Below are positions 37,585 to 46,796 of a DNA stretch of 64,000 nucleotides, in pieces. A program made the position numbers and the translations under genes. Numbering within the stretch: the stretch's first letter is position 1; every line of letters starts with the position of its first letter. The notes beneath the pieces were generated by a model that saw nothing but the letters and a program-made list of their open reading frames with translations, was not told where the DNA came from and made no database searches. Source of the stretch: Bacteroidota bacterium (lineage in GTDB: Bacteria; Bacteroidota; Bacteroidia; Chitinophagales; Chitinophagaceae); assembly GCA_023409675.1 (NCBI GenBank), contig JAEYRC010000393.1, positions 6,621-70,620 of the forward strand, in the 5' to 3' direction.

Positions 37585-38685
37585 ATGAGAAGTTTATTTA
37601 TTGGTATACTACTTTGGTCTGTTATGCCCCTGCAAGCCCAGCTAAATAGCAATTCCGGTAAGGGATTCACTGTTGATGTTCAACTGGAGGGGATGGTGGA
37701 TTCAGAAGTTTATCTCGCCTATGGCGGATTTCATAACAGCCGCATTGATACAGCAAGATCCGAAAAGGGAAAATTCCGCTTCAGTGGTCAGGTTGATGAA
37801 CCTGTTCCTGCAATGGTTTTCACACCCGATTATAGAATCAGGTTCGATATGTATATCGATAATGCGGATATAACGGTTAAGGGCACTGCAAACTCACTGA
37901 ATGATCTTCAGTTCAGCGGATCAGCAGTAACCCTGGAATTCGACGCGTTCAATGACCGGATTATGGCCAACCGCGAACGGGTAAACGAGTTGTACCGGCA
38001 GATCCAGGAACTTCGTCAGCAGCAGGATAGCGTGCAGGCGGCCGCTCTTGAAACGTTGATGGATTCGTTGTATAAAAAAGAATTTACCATTCGGAAGGAA
38101 TACATTCAGCAAAATCCCAAAAGTTATATCAGCGCGTATGAATTGTATTCTTTCAGCAATGTAAAGACGGTTGAAGAAGCCGCGAAATTATACGATAAGC
38201 TAGATCGGGAGATCCGTAATTCTTTACAGGGTAAGGCGCTATTGAAACGGATCCAGTTGCTGGGCAGGGTACAGGTGGGAGAAACGGCGCTGCCCTTTTC
38301 CCAGCAGGATATAAATGGTAAAGCGGTTAGTCTTGCTTCCTTCAAAGATAAATATACTCTGGTCGAATTCTGGGCAAGCTGGTGCGGTCCCTGTCGGGCA
38401 GAAAATCCTAATCTGTTAAAAGCTTATAATCAATATAAAGATCAGGGATTTGAAATTCTGGGTGTTTCACTTGATCATATCCGTGAGAACTGGATCAAAG
38501 CGGTCGAACAGGATGCCATGCCCTGGACGCAGGTGTCGGATCTGAAAGGGTGGAATAATGTTGTTGCGCAGCAATATGGGATAAAAGCCGTCCCGGCTAA
38601 TTTTCTGGTTAGCCCGGAAGGAAAGATCATCGCCTTAGACCTTCGGGGTGAAAAGCTTACGGAAAAGCTGGCGGAGATTTTTTAA
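37585..38685 (+). CDS. TlpA-family thiol-disulfide oxidoreductase with N-terminal DUF4369-like domain
   Basis: 366 aa with a signal peptide. The C-terminal thioredoxin fold carries WASWCGPCRAE (Cys codons 38383-38385 and 38392-38394). Confidence 0.85.
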   Translation: MRSLFIGILLWSVMPLQAQLNSNSGKGFTVDVQLEGMVDSEVYLAYGGFHNSRIDTARSEKGKFRFSGQVDEPVPAMVFTPDYRIRFDMYIDNADITVKGTANSLNDLQFSGSAVTLEFDAFNDRIMANRERVNELYRQIQELRQQQDSVQAAALETLMDSLYKKEFTIRKEYIQQNPKSYISAYELYSFSNVKTVEEAAKLYDKLDREIRNSLQGKALLKRIQLLGRVQVGETALPFSQQDINGKAVSLASFKDKYTLVEFWASWCGPCRAENPNLLKAYNQYKDQGFEILGVSLDHIRENWIKAVEQDAMPWTQVSDLKGWNNVVAQQYGIKAVPANFLVSPEGKIIALDLRGEKLTEKLAEIF

Positions 38686-38904
38686 AGGATGGGAATAGAG
38701 GGTTTTTGTCTAATGTTAAGCAGGGGCCATCTAAGGAATAGCTGAAGCTGTTATCGCATTGAACAGGAATTGAATAGTTTATACTACAGAAGTATTCAAC
38801 TGTTTTAGTAAGGGTAAAATGATCATTCCTGAGGAAGAAAAATACGGTGAGTTGGTGCGTATTCTGCGATATTGATATTTTTCTTTTGGAGTAATATTGG
38901 GATA

Positions 38905-39099
38905 CTGAAACATATCAACAGGTTGACTGTTCCTGATCAGTGCTGGCGGGAAAGGGAGCGGTAGCAGGCAGAACAATAGGCTGACCTAAGGGTAAGGGTA
39001 TTGAACATTCTATCCATGGTGTGTTGGAGGTGGGGGAGGGGAGGGCCCTTTGCCATACCGTGATTTCACCCAAAAAGCGCCGTGAAAAAACCATTGAAT
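38905..39099. repeat. Copy B of the unclassified ~190-nt dispersed element
   Basis: Block 1 is 38905-38938 and block 2 is 39016-39061. Orientation is the same as copy A. See 22673-22866. Confidence 0.8.
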
Positions 39100-39280
39100 T
39101 CCGAACCCGATAAGCAGGTTATTTGTGTTAGATATATAAACAAATGTAGTATCAATCGAAAAAGTTATACTGAACAACCCCTGCTTTAATGATAATCGTT
39201 GATATATAGAGTATAGTAATTTTTGCCTAACGTAGATTTTAGAAGGGCATACTCAGGCTTTCGTCCTGCGTTAGCCCCGG

Positions 39281-39529
39281 GATTTCAATGCTAGCATTTC
39301 CGGAACCTAAAGTAATCATCGCATGATAGCGAAGGGCTTTACCCATCGCTATGCGTATGCCGCCCCTCGGGGCTTGGGCATTAATTGCAATTAATGGCTT
39401 CAGTTAGCACCTACGGTAACGGTCTAAAGATTCAATACTGCCATTTCCGGAGCTTAACGTAATCATCGCATTATAGCGAAGGGTTTTACCCATCGCTATG
39501 CGTATGCCACCCCTTCGGGCTTGTGCATT
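39281..39529. repeat. Two tandem ~101-nt structured REP-like units (period 148 nt)
   Basis: Unit 1 is 39281-39382 and unit 2 is 39429-39529, about 85% identical by eye. Each unit can fold into two stems. One is gcat(g)atagcga...tcgctatgc. The other is atgcc-gcccc tc ggggc-...ggcat (the inner gcccc/ggggc pairing is present in unit 1 only). Confidence 0.7.
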
Positions 39530-39725
39530 CATTGTGCTGAACTAAACGGCATTGGGCCTTTCGGGCCGGCTGATTTCTTACATTACTCAAAACTTATTTG
39601 GAAACACAAGGTCCCTTCTCCCAAAATAAATTGTTAAAAACAAGATCATTAAAATCTTATTTTATATTTTATTAGCCTTTTGAACTGCTTAACAGTACCT
39701 TTGCAAATCGAAAATTCATCGGGGC

Positions 39726-40109
39726 ATGTTCATATTTATACGGGTAGTAGTGATACTGGCCGGCATCCTCTTATCAGCCGGTCTCTCCAGGGCAGCTTCA
39801 TTGCCCGGGGAATGCGTTGATGATCCCCATGAACTTCTTCTGAATATCATTCTTGAAAATCGCTCCTCCCATCAACCCAGCCTGAACTGGTATGCGATGG
39901 AAGATATGGATGGTCCAATTCTGGAAGATAACCGCTACCGCCACCAATGGAAAAAGAAAAAAAGACTTCGTACCAATTCTATTTATAGCATACGTTCCGG
40001 TTCGAAAGCCTACCAGGAACCTCCGCAATATTTTCTCCCTACCGGGTATATTAAACCCTGGTTCCTGCAGCAATTGCAAAAATATCTTTTTCGGTTAAAA
40101 CCCTTCTGA
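39726..40109 (+). CDS. Possible small secreted protein (hypothetical)
   Basis: 127 aa with a signal-peptide-like N-terminus and a basic KKKKRLR stretch. I see no homolog and coding support is weak. It lies upstream of the RND operon. Confidence 0.3.
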   Translation: MFIFIRVVVILAGILLSAGLSRAASLPGECVDDPHELLLNIILENRSSHQPSLNWYAMEDMDGPILEDNRYRHQWKKKKRLRTNSIYSIRSGSKAYQEPPQYFLPTGYIKPWFLQQLQKYLFRLKPF

Positions 40110-40193
40110 GGATTAATGATCTAATGTCATTTTGCTGACGGCTTATTAAACTAATCCGTCTCCTCTTATTATTAAACCGGGAAAAAAAAATTT

Positions 40194-41315
40194 ATGCGAA
40201 CCAATTGGTTATCAGTTATCCTGCTTTCAGTTGTATTATACGGATGTACCTCCACCGCCTCTGAACAGTTAAAGGATGAACTTAAAGAGTTACCTGTACT
40301 GGAATTGAAAGAAACCGATACCCTTGTGCATCAGAATTATGTAGCGGATATTCAGTCCGTTCGTAATGTTGAAGTGCGTGCACGAACCAATGGATTCCTT
40401 GAAAAAATATTTGTTGAAGAAGGCAGTTTCGTTCAGAAGGGTCAGTTATTGTTTGAATTAAGTAATCAGGAACTTACCAATACACTTGATAAGGCCCGTG
40501 CTGCTCTGGCCAGCGCCCGCGCAGCCGCACGTATAGCTGAGGTTGAAGTAGACCGCGTAAAAGTGCTGGTTGATAAAGAAGTTATCGTGCGTTCGGAGCT
40601 GGAAATGGCGGAAGCCAGGCTGGCTGATGCTCAGGCCCGTGTTCAGGAAGCGCTGGCCTCTATCCGTGATGCGGAAATACGAATTAGTTATCTGAAGGTT
40701 AAGGCACCGTTTAGCGGGCTCGTTGACCGCTTCCCCATTAAACCGGGAAGCCTTATTGCTGACGGAACCCTGCTGACAACACTCTCCGATAATACCGAAG
40801 TGCTGGCTTATTTCGCTGTTTCTGAAAATGAGTACCTGCAACATTTCCGCGACCTTCGGAAGCGCTTAAACGGGCAGACGAAAGCCACGCTTATTCTGTC
40901 TAACGGCACTGATTATCCGTACCCGGGTGTTATTGATACAAAAGAATCAGAATTCTCTGAAAATACCGGCACCCTGGCTTTTCGTGCTCGTTTCCCAAAC
41001 CCCGACAATCTGTTGAAACACGGAGCCTCCGGCAAAGTGCAGCTTATTACAAAGCTCAACAGTAAAATTCTGATCCCACAGAAATCAGTCCTCGAAATTC
41101 AGGACAAGAGCTTTGTCTTTGTACTCGATACGGCCAATACTATTCACATGAAAAGCTTTGTTCCTACTCTGAAGGTGGCCGATTTGGTGGTTGCCGAAAG
41201 CGGACTGAATGAAGGAGATGTCATTGTTTATGAAGGGATTCAGAATATCCGCGATGGCATCCGGATCGTTCCAGTCTTTGCTGACAAATCACCTTTAGTC
41301 AGCAAATCGGAATAG
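40194..41315 (+). CDS. RND efflux periplasmic adaptor (membrane fusion protein)
   Basis: 373 aa with lipobox LYGC|TS. It has a lipoyl/hairpin pattern (VRARTNGFLEKIFVEEGSFVQKGQLLFEL ... KAPFSGLV). Confidence 0.85.
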   Translation: MRTNWLSVILLSVVLYGCTSTASEQLKDELKELPVLELKETDTLVHQNYVADIQSVRNVEVRARTNGFLEKIFVEEGSFVQKGQLLFELSNQELTNTLDKARAALASARAAARIAEVEVDRVKVLVDKEVIVRSELEMAEARLADAQARVQEALASIRDAEIRISYLKVKAPFSGLVDRFPIKPGSLIADGTLLTTLSDNTEVLAYFAVSENEYLQHFRDLRKRLNGQTKATLILSNGTDYPYPGVIDTKESEFSENTGTLAFRARFPNPDNLLKHGASGKVQLITKLNSKILIPQKSVLEIQDKSFVFVLDTANTIHMKSFVPTLKVADLVVAESGLNEGDVIVYEGIQNIRDGIRIVPVFADKSPLVSKSE

Positions 41316-41422
41316 GTTCACTTTGGCCTGATATACACTTTTATTTTAATGCTGCTCAACCGGGCGCTCAGCTTTCTTTGTACGATGATGCAGGCTGAAG
41401 GCCCGTATTAAAACTTATCGAC

Positions 41423-44400
41423 GTGGTTGAATTATTTATACGCAGACCCATACTTTCCCTGGTGATCTCGATCATCATTACCCTGATGGGGGTGCTGGCG
41501 CTATTTACATTGCCCATTACGCAATTTCCCGATATCGTTCCGCCATCTGTCGTGGTAACGGCCAACTATAATGGCGCCAATGCAGACGTAGCTGAAAAGG
41601 CGGTGACCATACCCCTGGAACGGGCTATTAATGGTGTTCCGGGCATGACCTATATGACTTCCGTCAGCAGTAATAATGGTTCCAGTCTTATTCAGGTGTT
41701 CTTTAAAGTTGGCACCGACCCCGACCTGGCAGCCGTGAACGTGCAGAACCGGGTTACAACGGTATTGGATGAACTTCCCGAAGAAGTGATCAAGGCCGGG
41801 GTGATTACTGAAAAGGAAGTGAACAGCATGCTTTTGTATCTGAATATATACAGTGATGCTGAAGATATGAACGAAGAGTTCATTTACAATTTCACCGACA
41901 TTAATGTATTGCAGGAACTGAAGCGGATTGATGGAGTGGGTTTTGTTGAAATTATGGGTGCCCGGGAATATTCCATGCGGGTATGGCTGAACCCCGACCG
42001 GATGCGGGCGTACAATATCTCTGCAGAAGAAGTTATTGAAGCCCTGCAAAAACAAAACATCGAAGCGGCCCCTGGGGTGGTGGGTGAAAATTCAGGTAAG
42101 GATAATCAGGTGAAGCAATACGTGTTAAAGTATACCGGAAAATACAATTCCACCGACCAGTATAAACGACTGGTATTACGTGCTGATGCTGATGGTGGAA
42201 TCGTGCATTTGCAGGATGTTGCCGAACTGGAGTTTGGAACCGTGAGCTACGACATGGCATCCAAAACCGATGGCCGGCCGTCTGCTTCTATCATGGTAAA
42301 GCAACGGCCGGGCTCCAATGCCAGTGATGTAATTGATCAGATCAAGGAAAAGATGGCGGAGCTGAAGGAAAACAGTTTTCCACCCGGAATGCAATATAAT
42401 TTTGCTTATGATGTATCGCGATTTCTCGATGCCAGTATCAATGAGGTAATTAGAACATTAATTGAAGCATTCCTGCTGGTATTCCTGATCGTTTTTCTCT
42501 TTCTGCAGGATTTCCGATCCACCCTCATTCCTGCCCTTGCTGTACCGGTAGCGCTTATCGGAACACTGGCATTTCTGCAGGTAATGGGCTTCTCCTTTAA
42601 CATCCTTACACTTTTTGCATTGGTTCTGGCCATTGGTATTGTGGTCGATAATGCCATTGTTGTCGTGGAGGCAGTGCATGTAAAGATGGAGGAAGGCTTG
42701 CAGCCAATGGAAGCAACTATTGCGGCGATGAAGGAAATTACCGGCGCGGTGATTGCCATTACCCTGGTAATGTCCGCGGTATTTGTGCCGGTTGCATTTC
42801 TCTCGGGACCTGTGGGCATATTCTACCGGCAGTTTTCGCTTACCCTCGCCATTTCCATCGTTATTTCCGGTATTAAGGCATTAACACTTACGCCGGCACT
42901 GTGTGCCCTCTTCCTGAAATCAACTCATGGAAAAAAACGTAAAAATCTGCTGAACCGTTTCTTTAATGCCTTCAACAGGGGGTATGCCAAAACAGAAAGC
43001 GGTTATGGTAGACTGGTAGGTCGGATTGCGGCTTTCAAACCAGCGACCTTGTTGATGCTGGTGTTTTTCGGATTAGCAACGTGGGGAGCTACCAGCCTGC
43101 TTCCTTCAGGATTTATACCAACCGAAGACCAGGGAATGATCTATGTTAACGTTACCACACCGCCGGGGTCTACTGTAGAAAGAACGGAAAGCGTACTGAT
43201 GGAAGTGGAAGAATTGATCAAAGAAGTGGAATCCATTGAAAATATCAGCACACTTGCTGGATACAGCCTGATGAGTGAAATCAGCGGAGCATCCTATGGT
43301 ATGGCAATGATTAACCTGAAGCCCTGGGATGAGCGGAAAGAATCGGTTAATGAACTGATCGCGCTTTTAACGGATAAGAGTAAAGTGATTACCGATGCAA
43401 GTATAGAATTCTTTTCTCCACCCACCGTACCTGGTTTTGGTAACGCCTCTGGTTTCGAAATGCGGCTGCTTGATCAAACGCAAACAGATGATCTGCAAAA
43501 AACGGCAGCTGTGAGTGATGAGTTTTTAGAAACCCTTCGCGCACAACCGGCTGTTTCAGGAGCGTATACCAGTTTCGATCCGAGTTTCCCTCAATACCTC
43601 ATTCACCTCGACCAGGATATGGCGGCACAGAAAGGAGTTGATATTGAAAATGCTATGAATACCCTGCAGGCACTGATTGGTAGTACCTATGCAACCAATT
43701 TTATCCGTTTCGGACAAATGTATAAGGTGATGGTACAGGCTGCACCACAGTATAGGGCTAGGCCTGAAGATGTACTGAAGCTGCATGTTAAAAATGATGA
43801 AGGTATGATGGTGCCTTACTCCTCTTTTATCAGCATGGAGCGGGTATTTGGTCCTGAGCAGATCACGCGCTACAATATGTATCCGGCCGCTATGATTACC
43901 GGTGATGCTGCAGAAAACTTCAGTAGTAATGATGCAATTCTTGCTGTGGAAGAAACCGCGGAGAAAATTCTGCCCCGCGGATACAGTGTCGAATGGTCGG
44001 GCATGACACGTGAACAGATCCTTTCAGGCAATCAGGCCATCTTCATTTTCATAATATGCCTCATTTTCGTTTACCTGTTGCTGGCAGCCCAGTATGAAAG
44101 TTTTCTGCTGCCCCTCCCCGTTATATTGTCCCTTCCCGCAGGTATTTTCGGCGCTATGTTCACCTTATACCTGGCCGGACTGGAAAATAACATCTATGCA
44201 CAGGTGGCGCTGGTGATGCTAATCGGGCTGTTGGGAAAAAATGCGATCCTGATCGTTGAATTTGCTGAATTGAAGCGAAAAGAAGGGCTATCAGTATTAC
44301 AGGCAGCTATTGAAGGGGCAACACTACGCTTAAGGCCTATTCTGATGACTTCATTTGCCTTTATGGCTGGACTTATACCCCTGTGTTTTGCATCTGGTGC

Positions 44401-44584
44401 TGGTGAATTCGGAAACCGATCTATCGGTACCGCCGCTGCAGGCGGGATGCTATGGGGCACCGTATTTGGTGTGGTGCTGATTCCGGGATTGTATGTGTTG
44501 TTTGCTTCTATGGAAAAAAAGAAACAACCCCAGCAAAAGCCTGTTACAGAACCAGCCAGAGAATCTGTTTTGGTGGAAGGTTAA
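41423..44584 (+). CDS. RND efflux permease, AcrB/HAE1 family
   Basis: 1053 aa with a GTG start. It has the canonical FIRRPILS N-terminus, 12 TM helices and two large periplasmic loops. The LAIGIVVDNAIVVVE motif is present. Confidence 0.92.
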   Translation: MVELFIRRPILSLVISIIITLMGVLALFTLPITQFPDIVPPSVVVTANYNGANADVAEKAVTIPLERAINGVPGMTYMTSVSSNNGSSLIQVFFKVGTDPDLAAVNVQNRVTTVLDELPEEVIKAGVITEKEVNSMLLYLNIYSDAEDMNEEFIYNFTDINVLQELKRIDGVGFVEIMGAREYSMRVWLNPDRMRAYNISAEEVIEALQKQNIEAAPGVVGENSGKDNQVKQYVLKYTGKYNSTDQYKRLVLRADADGGIVHLQDVAELEFGTVSYDMASKTDGRPSASIMVKQRPGSNASDVIDQIKEKMAELKENSFPPGMQYNFAYDVSRFLDASINEVIRTLIEAFLLVFLIVFLFLQDFRSTLIPALAVPVALIGTLAFLQVMGFSFNILTLFALVLAIGIVVDNAIVVVEAVHVKMEEGLQPMEATIAAMKEITGAVIAITLVMSAVFVPVAFLSGPVGIFYRQFSLTLAISIVISGIKALTLTPALCALFLKSTHGKKRKNLLNRFFNAFNRGYAKTESGYGRLVGRIAAFKPATLLMLVFFGLATWGATSLLPSGFIPTEDQGMIYVNVTTPPGSTVERTESVLMEVEELIKEVESIENISTLAGYSLMSEISGASYGMAMINLKPWDERKESVNELIALLTDKSKVITDASIEFFSPPTVPGFGNASGFEMRLLDQTQTDDLQKTAAVSDEFLETLRAQPAVSGAYTSFDPSFPQYLIHLDQDMAAQKGVDIENAMNTLQALIGSTYATNFIRFGQMYKVMVQAAPQYRARPEDVLKLHVKNDEGMMVPYSSFISMERVFGPEQITRYNMYPAAMITGDAAENFSSNDAILAVEETAEKILPRGYSVEWSGMTREQILSGNQAIFIFIICLIFVYLLLAAQYESFLLPLPVILSLPAGIFGAMFTLYLAGLENNIYAQVALVMLIGLLGKNAILIVEFAELKRKEGLSVLQAAIEGATLRLRPILMTSFAFMAGLIPLCFASGAGEFGNRSIGTAAAGGMLWGTVFGVVLIPGLYVLFASMEKKKQPQQKPVTEPARESVLVEG

Positions 44585-44649
44585 AAATTCAGGCAACAAA
44601 AATCCTTTGGTGGGAACTGAAGATAAGTTAGAAACGATGTTATGATGTG

Positions 44650-46083
44650 ATGTTCAAATTTTTTACTATGAGACTTTTTATAATAATTATAGCTGCAGTT
44701 TTAATAAGCGGTTGTGCCACCGTAAAACCGGCGCAGCTTCCTGAAGAACTTGCGCTACCGGAATCTGTTGACGGTAGAAACGGTGATTTTCGCGAACTGA
44801 TTGATGAATTTTTTAATGATCAGCACCTTCGGGCGCTTATCGATACGGCGCTGACCAATAATTTTGATGTGAAGCAGGCGATGCAGCGTATTCAGGTGGC
44901 CGCAGCCAATACCCGTATTGTACATGCGGGAAGATTGCCACAGGTAGCCGCGGTAGCCGGAGCAGGATTCGACCGATATGGGCGCTATACGATGGATGGC
45001 GTTGGAAATTTCGATACGAATTTTTCACCCAACATTGATAAAGATCAGCGCATACCCGATCCTGTTGGAGATTTTTTTCTGGGATTCAGAAGTTCATGGG
45101 AAATAGATATCTGGGGTAAACTTAAAGACCGCCATACGGCTGCCCATGCCCGTTACCTGGCCAGTGAACAGGGTCGGAAATGGGTTGAAACGCAACTGGT
45201 GGCTGACATTGCGCAATATTATTATGCACTGCTGGCACTGGATGATCAGAAGGAAATTCTGGCCCGTAATATTGAGTTGCAGCACCGCGGTTATGAGTTG
45301 ATTGAATCGCAAATGCTGGGTGGTCGCGCTACTGCACTGGCCGTTCGCCAATTCAAAGCACAGTTGCTGCACAACCAGGGCGCCGCCATCAGTGTTCGCC
45401 AAACTATAACGGAAACTGAAAATACCCTCAACTATCTGCTCGGAAAATTTCCGGATTCTGTTTACCGCGATACCGTATTTCTGCAAAAGCCCATCCCTTC
45501 GATTGTAGAACAGGGCGTGCCTTCGGAACTGCTGTTGCGCCGTCCCGACATTCAGGAAGCCGAATTGGAACTAATCGCAACCAAAGCAGATGTGCAGTCT
45601 GCAAGAAAAGCATTTTTCCCATCCTTATCACTCAATCCTTATATAGGGTTGAACGCCTTCAAACTTCCCCTGATGATATCCGGTAGTTCGATTGCTGCAG
45701 GATTGGCAAGCTCCCTTGCTGCACCGGTATTTAACCGTGCAGCTTTAAACAGTGAAATGGGTATAGCCAATGCCAGTCAGTTTAATGCGTTTTATGAATA
45801 CCAGGAAAAGATCGTTTATGCATACCAGGAAGTTTCCACACTTTTAAAAGCGATGGATAATCTTCAGGAAGCATATGCATTGAAAACGCAAGAGGTGGAA
45901 ACCCTTACTGCAGCAGTGGCTACCGCTACCGACCTCTACCTGGCAGGCTATGCCAGTTACCTGGAGGTTATTATGGCCCAGGGAAGTGTACTGAATGCCG
46001 AACTGGAGCAGATAACGCTTAAGCAGGAAATTTTTAATACCCTGATCAGTTTATACCGTTCTGTTGGAGGTGCAGCGGAATAG
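44650..46083 (+). CDS. RND efflux outer-membrane factor (TolC/NodT-family lipoprotein)
   Basis: About 477 aa with lipobox ISGC|AT. It has two TolC-like repeats with long coiled coils. Confidence 0.85.
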   Translation: MFKFFTMRLFIIIIAAVLISGCATVKPAQLPEELALPESVDGRNGDFRELIDEFFNDQHLRALIDTALTNNFDVKQAMQRIQVAAANTRIVHAGRLPQVAAVAGAGFDRYGRYTMDGVGNFDTNFSPNIDKDQRIPDPVGDFFLGFRSSWEIDIWGKLKDRHTAAHARYLASEQGRKWVETQLVADIAQYYYALLALDDQKEILARNIELQHRGYELIESQMLGGRATALAVRQFKAQLLHNQGAAISVRQTITETENTLNYLLGKFPDSVYRDTVFLQKPIPSIVEQGVPSELLLRRPDIQEAELELIATKADVQSARKAFFPSLSLNPYIGLNAFKLPLMISGSSIAAGLASSLAAPVFNRAALNSEMGIANASQFNAFYEYQEKIVYAYQEVSTLLKAMDNLQEAYALKTQEVETLTAAVATATDLYLAGYASYLEVIMAQGSVLNAELEQITLKQEIFNTLISLYRSVGGAAE

Positions 46084-46355
46084 TTTTTGTTTCCGGTCAG
46101 CGGGTTTGTATTAGGTCAGCGAAAGAATTTTTATAGAATAATGTAATCCTTTCAGGATTTGCTGCTTTCTGATTATTTCTCTATTGGGGAAGTGTTTCGA
46201 TTATGAAATAAGATCAGATTCTATAAATAGACGAATCCACGATGCCGTATGCTATTGCGGAATCTGCAGAAAATCTCAAAAAGAGCGGTAATCTCAACCT
46301 TTTCCGGCATAAGTTTGAAGAGAGTTTTTACATTCGATTCAAATTTAATGACCGC

Positions 46356-46722
46356 TTGGAATATAAGGTATTACATAATGAGGCGGAAGTATTAGCTGGC
46401 ATTTCGGCAGGCGATGAACAGGCGTTCTCGAGCCTGATGGATCATTATACCCCGGTTATTTACCCTTATCTGACCTACTGGCTCAGAATGCGGTTTTGGT
46501 ACAGGAACTGCTAAGGCCTGGCTGAAAGCTATTGAAGTGGATGGTATGCCCTGGAAGCAGGTATCAGATCTTAAAGGTTGGAAGAATGAAGCCGCTTTAT
46601 TATATGGCATCTCCGCGATACCGGCTAATTTTCTGGTCGACCCCGATGGTAAAATCATAGCCCGGAATTTACGGGGAGATGAGTTGCAGGAAAAACTTGC
46701 CTCGTTGTTTGATAAACCCTAG
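46356..46722 (+). pseudogene. Fusion scar: frameshifted 5' fragment of an ECF sigma gene joined to the 3' end of a TlpA-family thioredoxin gene
   Basis: 46356-46483 encodes (L)EYKVLHNEAEVLAGISAGDEQAFSSLMDHYTPVIYPYLTYWL, which is sigma region 2. It continues after a frameshift as QNAVLVQELL (46484-46513). From 46513 a third frame reads KAWLKAIEVDGMPWKQVSDLKGWKNEAALLYGISAIPANFLVDPDGKIIARNLRGDELQEKLASLF. That stretch is colinear with the last ~65 aa of the intact TlpA gene at 37585-38685. Confidence 0.7.
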
Positions 46723-46796
46723 CCGTTCGAAAAATTCGTTGTGATCTACAGCCTTGCTCAAACATTCAGTATCTTTAAATACTAAAATAAAGATCC

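Noticed and set aside
22673-39099. The two ~190-nt direct repeats might be attL/attR of a 16-kb genomic island carrying crp, umuDC-SRAP, EamA and the ECF-SusCD-TlpA locus.
   Set aside because: The interval has no integrase, excisionase, transfer genes or tRNA. The copies are only about 75% identical overall, whereas att duplications are usually short and exact. The cargo looks like ordinary chromosomal genes. I keep it only as a remote alternative under the repeat finding.
46242-46514. Track ORFs 46242-46514 (90 aa) and 46537-46722 (61 aa) as independent small genes.
   Set aside because: They are the two halves of the sigma/TlpA deletion scar. The first 38 codons of the 90-aa ORF have no sigma similarity. 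The second ORF starts in the middle of a thioredoxin fold.
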